63,567 nucleotides of DNA, filler included, from Octopus bimaculoides (GCF_001194135.2; 6 parts of 5 records of this genome joined end to end with filler, not necessarily neighbours in it), one strand, 5' to 3'. Shown: positions 1-13,310, counted from the first letter of the whole stretch. The notes: generated by a model not told the origin, from the sequence alone. Made by a program: numbers and translations.

Positions 1-31
<31 letters not shown>

Positions 32-150
32 ACATATATATATATGTATACATGTATGTATGTACATATATGTAAGTATATATAAATATATGTATATGTG
101 TGTGTGTATATATATATATATATGTGTGTGTGTGTGGGGGGGGGGGGGGT
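1..150. repeat. Compound (TA)n/(TG)n/(TATG)n microsatellite plus poly-G
   Basis: Directly visible simple repeats. Confidence 0.95.
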
Positions 151-567
151 GCGTGTACATATATACTTCATAGATGAAATTCCAGATGTTTTCCGTATAA
201 AGTACACTTAGTAGTGCTGAAAATATTCAAACTTGAGCGGTTATAGAAGCAAATGTGGGGATAAGCAAGTTAGACAAATCAATATATAAAAGTATATTAA
301 ATATATGAGATACAAAATATGTATATTTTTATACATATAAAAAATTCCAACTTATATAGAGTACAAATGATATAGAAAATTAAAGTGTTGGAAGAAAGGT
401 ATTATAAATCCAACAGCTGTTTCTAGGGGGCTTCGGGATCCGTAATAATGTTTGTAGATTAATCAGAGAATGCGGCCGTATGGATGCATTTAACATAGGA
501 TGAGAGGTGCCTCTGTGTTCAGGGAAGAGATCTTACATTTGACATCTTGAAGCAGAGAAGTTCAAAG

Positions 568-617
<50 letters not shown>

Positions 618-1294
618 ATCACGGAATCGGCCAGACTATCGGATGTTGTTATACATCGATGGTCACAATGCACTTCACATCGTTTCTGCTATCGGATAAT
701 GTCACCACCGGTAGTTAGGAGAGCAGGCTACCCCCTCCCCCACAAACACACACACACATACACTCATAGACACACACACGCAAAACATTGTTGATTTACA
801 AGAGGAGCTGTAATGTATTTATTAGTGCCATGTAAATGATCAACAAATACAAGGTTAACATCTATTACATGATTCAATAAATGAACAGGAATGGATAGTT
901 TCTATTTTACAATGTTTAATGTTTAGAAATGTCTTCTCTGTTTTTCTTTTTTTAAATAAGTTTATTTTGTTAGAATTAATTTTTGAAAGAGATTGTGAGT
1001 GTACATGAGTCTTGTGAACATTGTATTATATATACATGGATAATTGGATCTATCACAATCAATGAATGACATTTTTGTTTTAGATACAGTCTAGTATGTC
1101 AGTTTGATCGGCAGTTTGCTTGCCTGTTTGTTTGTTTGTTTGTTTGTTTGTGTGTATGCGTGTGTATGTGTCCTTGTGTGCGCGCGCGTGCCTGTGTGTG
1201 CGTGCGTGCGTTTTTTGCAGCAGGAATGTCCCCTACGTTAGAAGCAGTACTCCGATTTCTATATTTTCGGTTCAGCTCAGAACGTCCGGTATAT

Positions 1295-1340
1295 TTGTCA
1301 TTGAGGAGACCAAACCAGGTTGAAACACCATGTCTGACAA
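1295..1340 (+). ncRNA. Minimal type-I hammerhead ribozyme motif (C3-to-U variant)
   Basis: TTGTCA-[TTGAGGA]-GACC aaacca GGTT-[GAAA]-CA cca TG-TC-TGACAA. Stem I is 6 bp, stem II 4 bp, stem III is short, and the cleavage triplet is GUC. Confidence 0.65.
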
Positions 1341-4154
1341 TCTACTGACATTCTAAGCAAAGCTATGTCTTTTTTTTCATATACAAGTCTCTTTCAGAAG
1401 TTTCTCAAAGACAAAATATAACAGCATGTGGCATTCCATGTTTGTATGTACATTATAAATATACATACATGTGTAAAACATTTTTGAACCCTTCATAAAT
1501 TAAAATAGCTTCTTATCAGGTTTGATGGATCCTTGAAAATAAATTGTACCGCTAATTTTAGGTTGGCTTATAGAGACCATTTAAAAATGACCTCTAGGTT
1601 TCTCTATTGTTTCCATCCCTAGAACATGCTTTCTGTTCTTTTGAAATTGCTGTCTCTATAACATTCCCAACGTAGGAATCTAAATGTTAGAAATAACAAC
1701 TAAATTCTATCAAATCACACGCTACTACCTTACAAAAGAAAAAAAAAACACCACTTGAAATAGTGTAATCTTAGATTTACTATTTTTTTTTTAAAGAACA
1801 AAACTGGGTGGTTTTGGCGGGACCGTCTTTTGATCATAAGTCTGTTCGATCAGTGTTGATCAGGGGCCAAACGACAATAACAACCTCTCCATTTCTCATT
1901 TCAGTTATATTTCTGTCTCCCTCTCAGATTCCATCCTAAATACTCTGCCAAATTCATCACCCCACTTCCAGTGCCATAACTGCATTCGTTTGGTCCGCCT
2001 TTCGTGTTCCTGTATTTCCTTCAACAATTTTAACTCGACTTCAAATGTATTAACTACCCACTCACCCATCCCCACTCATCCCGCTCCTTTGGCTAAGGGA
2101 AAGGTCTAAAAGGGGAGAACCATTAGTGCTGTCTCTCCTCCTTATACTGACGAATCGAAAAACCAGAAACGAAAACAAACAAACAAATAAATAAATCTAT
2201 TTGAATTACAAATCTGTGATTTGGAATAATTTTATCGATTATTTTGTTCTGCAATTCCATCCGATTTATAGAATCGGTATAGTTTTTTTTTTTTATGTCT
2301 TTACAAAAAAATTACTCTAAAATCTTCAGATCACACAAGGCATGACTGTATTTTCGGCAATTTTGAAAGCACTATTATTATTAGTTTCGCTTATTATGGT
2401 TTTGTTTTAGTCATTTCTACATGCAACGCTGGCCATAACGTAGCCAATGACGTTTATTGAAAAAAAAAAAGGAAAGAAAAAAAAAAGACAAAAGATCATT
2501 GCTTGCTGAAAACAACTGTACTAAATTATGTTTTATGAATGAAAGACAGAATAAAATTTGTAAAAATAAATAAACGATATGGACACAGTCATGGCTATGT
2601 GGTTAAGAAGTTTATTTTGCAATCGTGTGATTCTGCGTTCAACTTCACTAGAGGGAAGCTTTCGATATGTATCTTCTACCACTGCACTGGGTCAACCAAA
2701 GCGTTGCAGATGAAATTTGTTAGACGGATTATGTATAGAATCTCGTTGGGTGTGTATACATTTTTTTTTCGTAGTTTCATTCAGTCTTTGGACTGCAGAC
2801 GTGCTGCATCACCACCTTCAATGGTCTTATGTTGTTTATATCAACCCCCAGGACTGATTTCAATCTGGTAATTAATTATCGAATGGTTAGGTTACCTTTA
2901 GACATGAAAGGACGCAATTCGACATACTGTTTTACACTAGTATACACTGACACATAGACATACACACAGTTTGTTTGTCTGTCTGTCTGTCTGCCTGTCT
3001 ATCTGTCTGTATGTATGTACATACGTATGTATGTATATACGTATGTATGTGTGATTTTATGTATGTGTATATGCATGCATGTATGTATGTCACTCAAGTT
3101 CGGGAGTTCTGGAGTTGTAGAGAGCATGGAGTCACTCCTTTATTGCCATTACTCCTAGATCCCTTCTGACCCGGAATTGTAGTACCTGTCAGGATCCCAT
3201 TTATGGGTTAAATAAATTTCTCAGAGAAGGTAGAGAAGGCTCCGGTTAATTTTAGCGAAGCCGTGGGGAAGGCAGCTATTTTAGGAGAAAAATATTCTGA
3301 CATAAAACTTGTAGTCAAAATAGTACCAGCCATCTTTCAATGCTTATCACTGGAACCTTGTATAGCGACCGAGAGAATGGCAAACGTGTTGCACAAGCTT
3401 TTATCACTTTAATCCAATGTCTCTCTATCATTTCATTTCTTGATCCGTTTTTGTATTTCATAAAGGCCTATGTCAATGGATGCGTGGCTGAAAAGTCATA
3501 TCTGCGCACATGCAAAGATGGAAGTGAGACGGCTATCATCTGACAAGACGAGGCAATCATCACGTATGTTTGCTTAATACTCGTCCTGCAGACGGATAAA
3601 ATTATGTGTGCCGAAGTCTTTGTTCACGCTTTGATTGAATACGCAATGGCTTAAGCCGCATTAACGACTCGGAACATTCTTATATGATGAAAATAACATG
3701 CTAAAGCATTTTTAGTGTGGTCATTATTTGTCTGTGTTATATGAGAAAAAATAACTACACAAGAAAATTCTATCGCTTATACAATATTTTAATTTAACGT
3801 ATGCCTCTAAAGAATTTCTGAATACCAAAATATTCCCTGCAAAAGATCGATTTCCATTCTTTTTCGTTGCCATAATGCTAAGTCTACATGAATTTCCTGC
3901 TCTGGACATGATTATATAAAACTAGCCGTAGGGGAATCATGCGTAGTTCTTTGGGTAGATATCGACCTTTGAAAGCGTTTGGCCTTGAACTTTGTAAATT
4001 GGAAGACCCCAACAATAGCTTGATATGAAATATTGCCTTTGCATTTGGAATTGGCAGTGCTTAATCACTTGGTGGCATATGTATTCTTGGAATAAATAAA
4101 TCTTTCCCTTTATAAGCGCCAGAAGCCATAACAGCGTAAATAACTTTGCCGAGC

Positions 4155-4157
4155 GAG

Positions 4158-4233
<76 letters not shown>

Positions 4234-4260
4234 GATAAATAAATAAATAAATAAATAAAT
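4155..4260. repeat. (GA)n followed by (AAAT)n microsatellite
   Basis: Direct. Confidence 0.95.
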
Positions 4261-4929
4261 AAAGGCAGAAAGGTCAGAAATGTTTGGTTTGATGATGTTT
4301 ATGTAACTATACATATTTCTAATCCGTTATGTTCTCTCTTTTTCTGTATCATATTCCCTCTCGCGCTTCTTTTCTGTCTTGCATTTCTTCTTTTCTCTCT
4401 TTTATCTTTATTCTCCCACACTGTCTTTTCTCTTTGCTTTCTTTCCCGGCATCGATTCTTGCTATAATTCTCTAACTTTTCCCCCATCAAAGATGTAATG
4501 ACGGACACTCTTCTCTTTTTCTTTGTCATACTTTTTTTTCTTTCCTTATCTTTTCTACGTCTCTCTCTTCTTCCTTGACTTCGTTTCTCTTTTCCTCCAC
4601 CTGCGTAGGTGCGATTTATAGATATTTCGATTTATTTCCGGAGGCACATATAGATACAGTGCAAATCTGTACGTACATACATACATACATACATAGACAT
4701 ACACACATGTGTTATGCAACAGTGAAAGATGGCAGAATCGGTGTGTCCAAGAAAAATACATTGTTGTATATAGCTACGTTCCTCTGGATTTTAGCATTTA
4801 CTGTTTTATATTTCGAGGTCGACAAAATAAGTACCAAAGTACTTATGCTGACATCATCATTTAAAATTCTTTTCCGTTGGAACCCGTGACACTGTGACAC
4901 CAAAGAGTGAACTTCTATGTAGTCGTATC

Positions 4930-5095
4930 AGTTGCCAGAAACAACCGATCAAATCGCCCTCAAATTACACCTTTCAAGTTTAAACTGGGTAAATGTATTG
5001 GATAACTCAGTCAAATATATAATACAGCGCAAAGACAGGATGGTCATTGATAGATCGTCGGTCGAGTTATGTAATTCTGAGCTTCGATATCTTTC
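4930..5095 (+). mobile_element. Degenerate SINE-like repeat, family F
   Basis: Shares ctagaaa-agc-ccaaatc...caaattacacc...gatggtc motif with degenerate copies near 9680-9760(-), 22240-22390(+), 23040-23200(-), 34030-34110(+), 47550-47700(+). Confidence 0.5.
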
Positions 5096-5099
5096 CCCA

Positions 5100-5348
5100 T
5101 ATTCATCTTGTATTTATTTCGGTCATTAGACTGCGGCCATGCTGGGACATCACCTTGGAGAATTTTTTTAGTAAAATGAATGAATCGACCCCAGTACTTA
5201 CTTTTAAGCCTGGTACTTGTTCTGCTGGTCCCTTTTGCCGAAACTGCTAAGTTATGGGACGTAAACAAACCAGCACCGGTTGTCAAGCGGTGGTGGGAGA
5301 CAAACACAAACACAAAGATACACACACGCACGCGTGCACACACACACA

Positions 5349-5385
<37 letters not shown>

Positions 5386-5425
5386 CGAGCTTCTTTCAGT
5401 TTTCGTCTACCAAATTCACTCAATA
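5100..5425 (-). mobile_element. SINE family B (CORE-like, internal microsatellite), 5'-truncated
   Basis: Matches copies at 32490-32925 and 36735-37086. Confidence 0.85.
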
Positions 5426-5589
5426 AAAACAATTCTACATTAATCTGATGGAATACACAATACTTTTGTAGGGTACAAATTTATTATTTTGAAACAAGAA
5501 TGTTGCTGACAGTGACTTCGAAGTTTCAGCCAGCTAAGCCATCCTGTGTGGACTGTTTGGGTGATGCAGAAGAGGAAGGGAGTGTTGTG

Positions 5590-6460
5590 GCGTTGAAATA
5601 GACTGGACGAAAACCTGCTTAAGTCGATCAACACTGAGTTTCATGACTTCCTATATACTCTGGTTTAGCTTTTCCCACGCGGTACAGACCTGAATAAACC
5701 GCCTGCAAGAGTGCTTAACTGCATCGTTGCGTACAAGTACGTGCGTCCAGGTGCTGATAGTGAGTTGAACAAAACTTAATCGATTGCGGTCTCGTTATTA
5801 ACGCTGGTAACTCCGCCATGTAATTTCGCAACCGATGAATATAATTGGTAGGTTCATGTCGTTGAGTAACTGCAGCCAATATCATTTGACCAAACAGATT
5901 AAGTGCCGAAACTGTTGTATTTTCCTCGGAAGACTCGTAGAGATAACACAACGAGTTGTACAATTTAATTATTACATTTATTATTCAATTACATACAAAG
6001 AACGCAGTCACCCAATGTTCGTTATAAATAAACAAAAGTCATGTCCGCCATATATATATATATCAATGACATTTTACTACCCCAGTCACACAAGACAACA
6101 ACAATGAAACAATGAACTCAGACGAACCACAGTGACACACGGAACGTCAGACGAATTACATACCTAACAGTCCATATAACAGAAACATACAGTAATTCTG
6201 CCGGGAAGTAACCTAGGTCCTCTTTAACAGCGGTACGTAAACCTAGTAATACAATGGACGGGGCTTCTAACCATTTATCCGAATTGGAATGTGCTAGTAA
6301 AGCTGCTTTAAGCTGTAGATGAAATCGTTCTATCGTTCTGTTAAACGTGGGGTGGTAAGCTATTGTACGAATTCGACACGTGCTTAACATGGTAGATAGG
6401 TCGTCAAAAAGACTGGATTCGAACTGACGACATCTGTCGATCTCTCGATCGTAGTAATCC
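5590..6460 (-). mobile_element. Gypsy LTR-retrotransposon integrase remnant, interrupted by a solo LTR
   Basis: Translates RQFESSLFDDLS..RIRTIAYHP..IERFHLQLKAAL..WLEAPSIVLLGLRTAVKEDLGYFPAELLY, then ALNLFGQM..NYIHRLRNYM..THVLVRNDAVK..SVDRLK. These are Gypsy integrase core and C-terminal motifs. Confidence 0.9.
5913..6181 (-). mobile_element. Solo LTR (269 bp)
   Basis: TG...CA ends with near-perfect 8-bp inverted termini (TGTTGTAT/ATATAACA), flanked by exact 5-bp TSD GAAAC (5908-5912, 6182-6186). Removing it restores the integrase frame. TATA-like run then AATAAA on the minus strand. Confidence 0.85.
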
Positions 6461-6863
6461 ACCGGATTTTCAAAAGGTAAACAAAGCTATTTATAGTTGC
6501 TAAAAAACAAAAACAAAAACAAAAACAACAACAACACATACTATACTTAGAATTCTTTATGAATATTTCAATAATAGAACATAACACTAGGAATTCAAAA
6601 TTTTATCACCACGGATATAGTTCAAGTTTGTCTTAGAAGTCGACATAACATGAGAAAAAAATAATGATATACATAGAAAAGTTGGAATGAAAGAAAGAAT
6701 TATTTAAAAAGAAAAAGTCATTGATGGGACGTTTATGATCGACGGATTTTGTTAACACAACGTACAGTAGTGTTTAAAAAAAGACAAAACTGAACATTTG
6801 AACTTGTATTGCTGTAGCAAATCTGTCTATCTATCTATCTATCTATCTATCTGTCAATTTATC

Positions 6864-6917
<54 letters not shown>

Positions 6918-7349
6918 ACTCTTTCTAATAATATAGGCCTCCTCTCTCTCTCTCTTTTTCGTGTTTTTACTTTCTATTTCTTCACTGATTCCACTATTCC
7001 CGTTTCTTTATTTCCCTTTCTCCTCTTCCTCTCGCTTTCTATGTATATATTTCTACATTTCCCCTTGATGACGTAAGCGTAACACACGGGGAAACCAGAT
7101 AGGAAGAAGCAGAATAATATCATAACATTCCAAACAAAGACAAAATATAATAATAACAATTGTAAAAATTGCAACATCCGCTGGTAGATTACATACCTGA
7201 TAAGTTACATATTTTCGGGGATCATATAGCTGTCAGACGTATTAATGGATCACATAGCTGTCCATAATGAAGAGTTACATAAGTTCCCACTACTGATGGA
7301 TCTCATTGCTGTTACACATTCCACTATGTCACATAGTTGATCCACACTA

Positions 7350-8120
7350 ATGGATTGTACAGTTTCCGTGTCCACTTATGGAACACAAAGTTGCTGCTAA
7401 AAAAAAAAAAAGAAGAAAAAAAGACTTATTACAAATGCCTATTCCAAAGTAGTTTTCTTCTATTCTTTCGTTAGACAATTTCCTAAACCGCCAGGTTATC
7501 ATCTGAAACTCTTCAAGAATTTCACTGATTATTACTATTTCTGTTCTTGTCATCCATACCAGTAAAATATCAACTATACATGTTAGAAAAACTGCGCTAG
7601 TACCGCTAATAGCCATTGCCGTAAATCTATTATGTTACCTTGGTTCTCATCTGGTCTCTGTTGTCATTGCTTTTAACATCAAATTTCATGTTCCCAGCAC
7701 CTATTCATTTATACGAAGAAGGCTGTATACCACCCGCGTATTTTAATGTTACTGATATGCTTTCTTGTTGTAGTATTTGTTGTCTTTGTTCTAAATTAGC
7801 CTTCGCAAATAATCTGAAGCAATTATCTGTCACAGCGCACACCCGCTATGCTAATCTTTCCGTCGTACAATTTAATGCTTCTAACACATACATCAAACAG
7901 TGCTGTCACAACCTCATTTCCTATGTATATTCACAACCCCCATACCTCTGAATGCAACACTGTTAACTTCTGATTACTTCGACCCATACATTGTCATTAT
8001 ACTCTCACACTCATATATTTAATTCCATTTGCTGCAATTTATAACTTGAGCATTAGATGCTGTTTTGCTTCTCCCGGAAGAATTCATCATAAACATAAAT
8101 CAATATAGAATAATAGATTC
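7350..8120 (-). mobile_element. Highly degenerate coding remnant, possibly gag-like ORF1 of a non-LTR element
   Basis: Stop-riddled protein-like frame (DNCFRLFAKANLEQRQQILQQESISV) ending in a degraded zinc-knuckle-like LCSISGHGNC. Confidence 0.3.
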
Positions 8121-8517
8121 TCTGACACAAAAGTAAGGATCTGTTTGTAAATTCATTTCAGTTCCATACAGAAAAATTATTCGTCTGTTCTTGTTCTTTA
8201 TTTCGTATGGTTACTGAACTTTAATATAGATATTCTAATCTGGTTAGAGAGAGGACTAGTTTTCTTATAGCTTAATGTCATGTTTTAACTACTTGACAAA
8301 AGATGTTGGGAAATATTCTTTGCAAGTGTCTTTTCATCCAGTTGTTTTATGAGATGTAATAGCCGTGAAATTATTTAGCATAACAGAACAGCGGATTGAA
8401 TTCAACATTCTAAGTTTAAACCATATCAAGATCGACTTTATTTTTCGTCTCCACAAAAAGTAGACGCTAGGAATACATTGACGTTAATTGAAAGGGTTGT
8501 CAAACGCCTTTAGGGAT

Positions 8518-9440
8518 TAAATTATTATTATTATTATTATTATTGAGTGAGATAACAGTACATGCCATCAAACTGACACTGTGGTACAAATATACGAAGC
8601 CCAATATACCCATCAAGACTACCTCTTTGATAAAGGTACACCAGACTCATGCATTACAACCATATATACGCACGCGACATGGTGATTTCATATCAAGATA
8701 AACAGCACATGACCTTGCAGGTGGGGCCCAGTTAGAATTTTCTTCAGGTCGAGTAGCCCAACCCGCTCAAAAGGTCCCTGAATAAGGGTTGTTTAAGGAT
8801 GTTGAACAAAACACCCATGTTTTCGGAGGTGAATTATTCAAACCCCAATGAATTCCTCCCAACACATGGCTATGATGTTCCCCCACCACTTCCGCTCATG
8901 ATCAGAGATGCACATTGTAAGCCATTAAGGGACATGCTCAACTGGTTAAAGTCAAGCAACTGATACGCAAGTCTGTGGTGTTGAGCAGAATATTTGCTGT
9001 GGCCCATCTTTTATGCCAAGACAAAACATGTAAATGATAACACTTCCAACCAGTTAAGATCCGAAGCAATGAGAGCCAGTGCCTAGTTTTAGTGTGACTA
9101 GCTAGAGAATTGTCTATAACCTCTGTACGTCTTCTTAATCTTGTGGAATTGATGCATTTGAGGTACAGCTAGAACTTATGTAAGTCGGCGATGCATGTTG
9201 GAGGAAACAGAAATAAGCAAGGAATTTCAGAAGGTTCTAGGAAGAACAAAATGTTTAGGGAATGGGGTTTTTGAGTTGAGGCATAGTAAGATGAAAAGGA
9301 AAAACTGCATGTGGTGTACAACTCAATAGCTCAATGGAGTAGAAGCTATTATTGTAGAGTCACAAGAAACAGTGAGAAAACACAGCACATATTGTTGGTC
9401 ATTGTGTGCTGGTTGATGAGACTTTGCCAATCAGCTGGGT
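8518..9440 (-). mobile_element. CR1-like LINE 3' end with long 3' UTR and (AAT)n tail
   Basis: Degenerate ORF2 C-terminus LPRTF*NSLLISVS resembles FFPRT..LWNSLP.SVF; (TAA)n tail at 8518-8547. Confidence 0.6.
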
Positions 9441-9954
9441 ACTAGGTGAAATAGATTGTTTATGTAACAACAACAGCAGCAGCAGCAGCGGCGGCGGCGG
9501 CGACAACGCTAGCGGCAGCAGCAGTAACGCTATCCCAAATAAATGAGCTGTACTTTAATTTTTGGTGGCTTTCCTTTTGAAAAAGATCGATAATTGATCA
9601 TTATCTGAATTATTTTCTGACTCTGAAGAAAAGCCAATTTTTTGGGCCGCCATTTTAGCAATTTTGTATACATGCGTCACTTTTACCAATTTCCCTGCAG
9701 ATCTGAGAGATTTGGTTGCTGTTTCTAGCGGATCGAGTGACTGCGTCTAGGATCCTTCATTGCTCCATAATGCAGTTATCCTCTGTCTACGCACGTGTGT
9801 GTAGTTTGAAGTAACAATAAGTAGTTTACCTTTGTGCTAAGTCATAAGAAGCTAGGACGAGATTTCATTGAGCTTTCAGTATTTTGTTAGTAGAACGGTT
9901 TCTAATTACAATCGAATTTTATTTGCTTCCATTAAACTAATAATGGTTTTAAGT

Positions 9955-10087
9955 TTTGCCACAAGGGCAGCAATTTTGGGGGAGGGGATGAGTCGATTAC
10001 ATTGACTCCACTCTTCAACTGGTACTTATTTTATCGACCCCGAAATGATGAAAGCAAAGTCAACATTGGCAGAAATTGAACTCAGAC
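9955..10087 (-). mobile_element. SINE family A (Nin/Deu-like central domain), partial
   Basis: Reverse complement of gcctttcatcctttcggggtcgataaaataagtaccagtt core. Confidence 0.85.
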
Positions 10088-10254
10088 GCCTTTCAATTAA
10101 ATTAATAATGCCCTCGATAAAGGTATAAACATCACAAGATACATTCTGCACCTTTATTATGTAATCTAATATGGGTACAATATCAATTTTCCGAAACCTT
10201 AGGTTTACCTTTTTCCGAACCAGGTCACGTCCAAATTAAACTAATATTGATTTC

Positions 10255-10432
10255 AAATTTTGGTACAAGGCCAGCATTTTCGGGGAGGGGAGTAAGTCAA
10301 TTGCATCGACCCTAGAGCTCAACTGGTACTTATTATATCGAGTTAGAAAGGATGAAACGCAAAGTCAACCTCAGTGGAATTTGAACTCAGAACATAAAGA
10401 CGGACAAAAAGCCGCTAAGTATTTCACCCGAC
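10255..10432 (-). mobile_element. SINE family A
   Basis: Same core as other family A copies. Confidence 0.85.
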
Positions 10433-10471
10433 ATATACATACATACATACATACATGCATATATCTATACC

Positions 10472-10590
<119 letters not shown>

Positions 10591-10659
10591 CATTAGTAAC
10601 ACCTAGAAGTAGGTGCTTCTTTTCCACTCACCAAAGTGAATGGAATTTTGACCAGGAGG

Positions 10660-11043
10660 AACTGATGTCATCAGATAGTATCCAACGTTCGTTGGCCTGA
10701 TCACACCCTTCATCTCATTGGACTCTAAGCTCGATCAAGTTTATTTTCTTTGCCTTTTCAGACCATAAAACTACATCGGATCTTAGGGCTGAATGGATGA
10801 CCTGGGGAAACTGTAGTCTCTCTTGCCATGTACCCTTTCATATCCCATGATTGGGACCCGTGTAGTAAGCTATTTGTCTTCTTTGCTGTTCTCAATGACT
10901 TTTCTCTTTCTTTCACGAATTTGATTTGTTGCTGTTATTTTCTGCTGGTGGTGGTGTTTCTTAAGCCTTTTTTGCTTCAGTGTGTGAGCGAGTACTGCAA
11001 TCACCTTGTCATGGCGCCACTTGTATCTACCTTGAGTGTGGAG
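10660..11043 (-). mobile_element. Hero/NeSL-like (R2 group) RLE non-LTR retrotransposon C-terminal remnant
   Basis: LHTQGRYKWRHDKVIAVLAHTL..KFVKE..SWDM..LQFPQVIHSALRSDVVLWSEKAKKINLIEL with frameshifts; RHD motif plus PD-type RLE region. Confidence 0.8.
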
Positions 11044-11615
11044 TTTGTGTGATATGTGTGTTTAGATTTCACGTTCAGGAAAGGGATTAACGTGGTGGGA
11101 TTACCGTCGCACTTGGTGGCTACACTCAGATATTTCAAAGAAGAGCCACCGTCTGCGACGGCAATCCCACTACGATAGCCCCTTCCCTGAACGTGAAATC
11201 TGAGCACACAAACTCCACACACAGAAGAAATGTTCCCCAATGACAAACTACCTCAGCACACAAGTATAAGAACACTACGTCCAGAACAAACGCAAAATAA
11301 TTCAAACAGATCGATCACACAACAGTTTGCCCTAAAAAACAAATCCTAGGGAGACAAACATTCAAAAAGTTCCACCAAGAGTAACGTCCCTTGATTCATT
11401 GTTTTATTCACGAGAATTCACAAGAATCTCCGCGAACTAAACGAGGCTGTGTTTCCCAAAATAGAGGTGAACACCTTTTTCCATGTGATCGTCTTGAAAA
11501 ATTGCTAAGAAACCAGGATATCTTCCTACTTTTCCTAATATGAAACCAATGGTAGCCTTAATCCACAAATAAAGAAATTGTATCTGCTCATTTTCATCGT
11601 TCGACATTAACGTAT
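11036..11615 (+). mobile_element. Penelope-like element 3'/pLTR region with 5' inverted partial copy
   Basis: 11130-11615 is homologous to 17935-18400, which follows a GIY-YIG domain; 11036-11121 is the reverse complement of 11144-11220. Confidence 0.8.
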
Positions 11616-11694
11616 ATATATATATATAAATATTTTTATATTTATTTATANNNNNNNNNNNNNNNNNNNNNNNNNNNNNNNNNNNNNNNNNNNN

Positions 11695-11706
11695 TTAATT
11701 AATTAA
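11695..11706. other. Artificial gap linker TTAATTAATTAA in 44N+12+44N gaps (also 19825, 31817, 37912, 61854)
   Basis: Identical 12-mer centred in five 100-bp N runs. Confidence 0.95.
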
Positions 11707-11750
11707 NNNNNNNNNNNNNNNNNNNNNNNNNNNNNNNNNNNNNNNNNNNN

Positions 11751-11785
<35 letters not shown>

Positions 11786-13179
11786 CTTGCACACATGCCA
11801 AACAGTATCATACGCAATACATCTACACATATATCTACAAATATGAAATGACAAATACGCCAACGTAATCAAGCAAACACTTCTAGAGACACTCACACTT
11901 TCACACACATGGACACACACACATAACTACAGAAACATTCACGTAATAATCAAACACAGTACCATACAGAGATACACATATACACGATATATGTGCATGT
12001 GAGGCGGTAGGTGGAATAGAAAGGCCATCCATACATTTATACACACACATACAATTAATGCGTTCGGCGTCGCTAGCAGCTGTCGATAGAGGTCGCTTAT
12101 CGATCGACACGTTTTAAAAGTGCCCTCAATCTACTGTGCATCCACGCGAGCACACAGGCACGCACGCACGCACGCACACACAGACACACACCCACACCCA
12201 CACACACACACACACACACACNNNNNNNNNNNNNNNNNNNNNNNNNNNNNNNNNNNNNNNNNNNNNNNNNNNNNNNNNNNNNNNNNNNNNNNNNNNNNNN
12301 NNNNNNNNNNNNNNNNNNNNNNNNNNNNNNNNNNNNNNNNNNNNNNNNNNNNNNNNNNNNNNNNNNNNNNNNNNNNNNNNNNNNNNNNNNNNNNNNNNNN
12401 NNNNNNNNNNNNNNNNNNNNNNNNNNNNNNNNNNNNNNNNNNNNNNNNNNNNNNNNNNNNNNNNNNNNNNNNNNNNNNNNNNNNNNNNNNNNNNNNNNNN
12501 NNNNNNNNNNNNNNNNNNNNNNNNNNNNNNNNNNNNNNNNNNNNNNNNNNNNNNNNNNNNNNNNNNNNNNNNNNNNNNNNNNNNNNNNNNNNNNNNNNNN
12601 NNNNNNNNNNNNNNNNNNNNNNNNNNNNNNNNNNNNNNNNNNNNNNNNNNNNNNNNNNNNNNNNNNNNNNNNNNNNNNNNNNNNNNNNNNNNNNNNNNNN
12701 NNNNNNNNNNNNNNNNNNNNNNNNNNNNNNNNNNNNNNNNNNNNNNNNNNNNNNNNNNNNNNNNNNNNNNNNNNNNNNNNNNNNNNNNNNNNNNNNNNNN
12801 NNNNNNNNNNNNNNNNNNNNNNNNNNNNNNNNNNNNNNNNNNNNNNNNNTCGCCATCTTACCAAATATACTACACACACAAATGCCCCCTACACACACAA
12901 ACGCACTCACACACACACACACACATACACACACACATACACACACACGCACGCACACACACACACACACACGCACACACACACACAAACGCACTTTCTC
13001 ATACACATACACACACACATACACTTTCAATAGTACACATAATACATGAATACATTGCACATATATGTGTACACATTCATAAACAGACACAAGCACTCAT
13101 AGAAGCACATACACAAACCAACTCGGCCATCCATGAATACGTACAAACTTTTGCAGATATATATACGATATCAGTGAGA

Positions 13180-13310
13180 AGTTCCTGTTAAACATCACCC
13201 GTTAGCCGCTGGCTCTTGCAAACACGAGCGCATGCGCACTCTCTCTCTCTCTCTCTCTCTTTCTCTCACACACACACACGCGCGCGCGCGCGCACGCGCA
13301 CACACGCGCA
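13180..13310. promoter_or_regulatory. CpG-rich putative regulatory patch with NRF1-like GCGCATGCGC and (CG)n run
   Basis: Motif matches only. Confidence 0.25.

Noticed and set aside
9630-9670. YY1-like GCCGCCATTTT
   Set aside because: It lies beside a degenerate family F repeat with no other promoter features.
11695-11706. TTAATTAATTAA repeated five times, which could look like a piggyBac site or a spaced repeat
   Set aside because: Always centred in 44N+44N; an assembly linker with stops in all frames.
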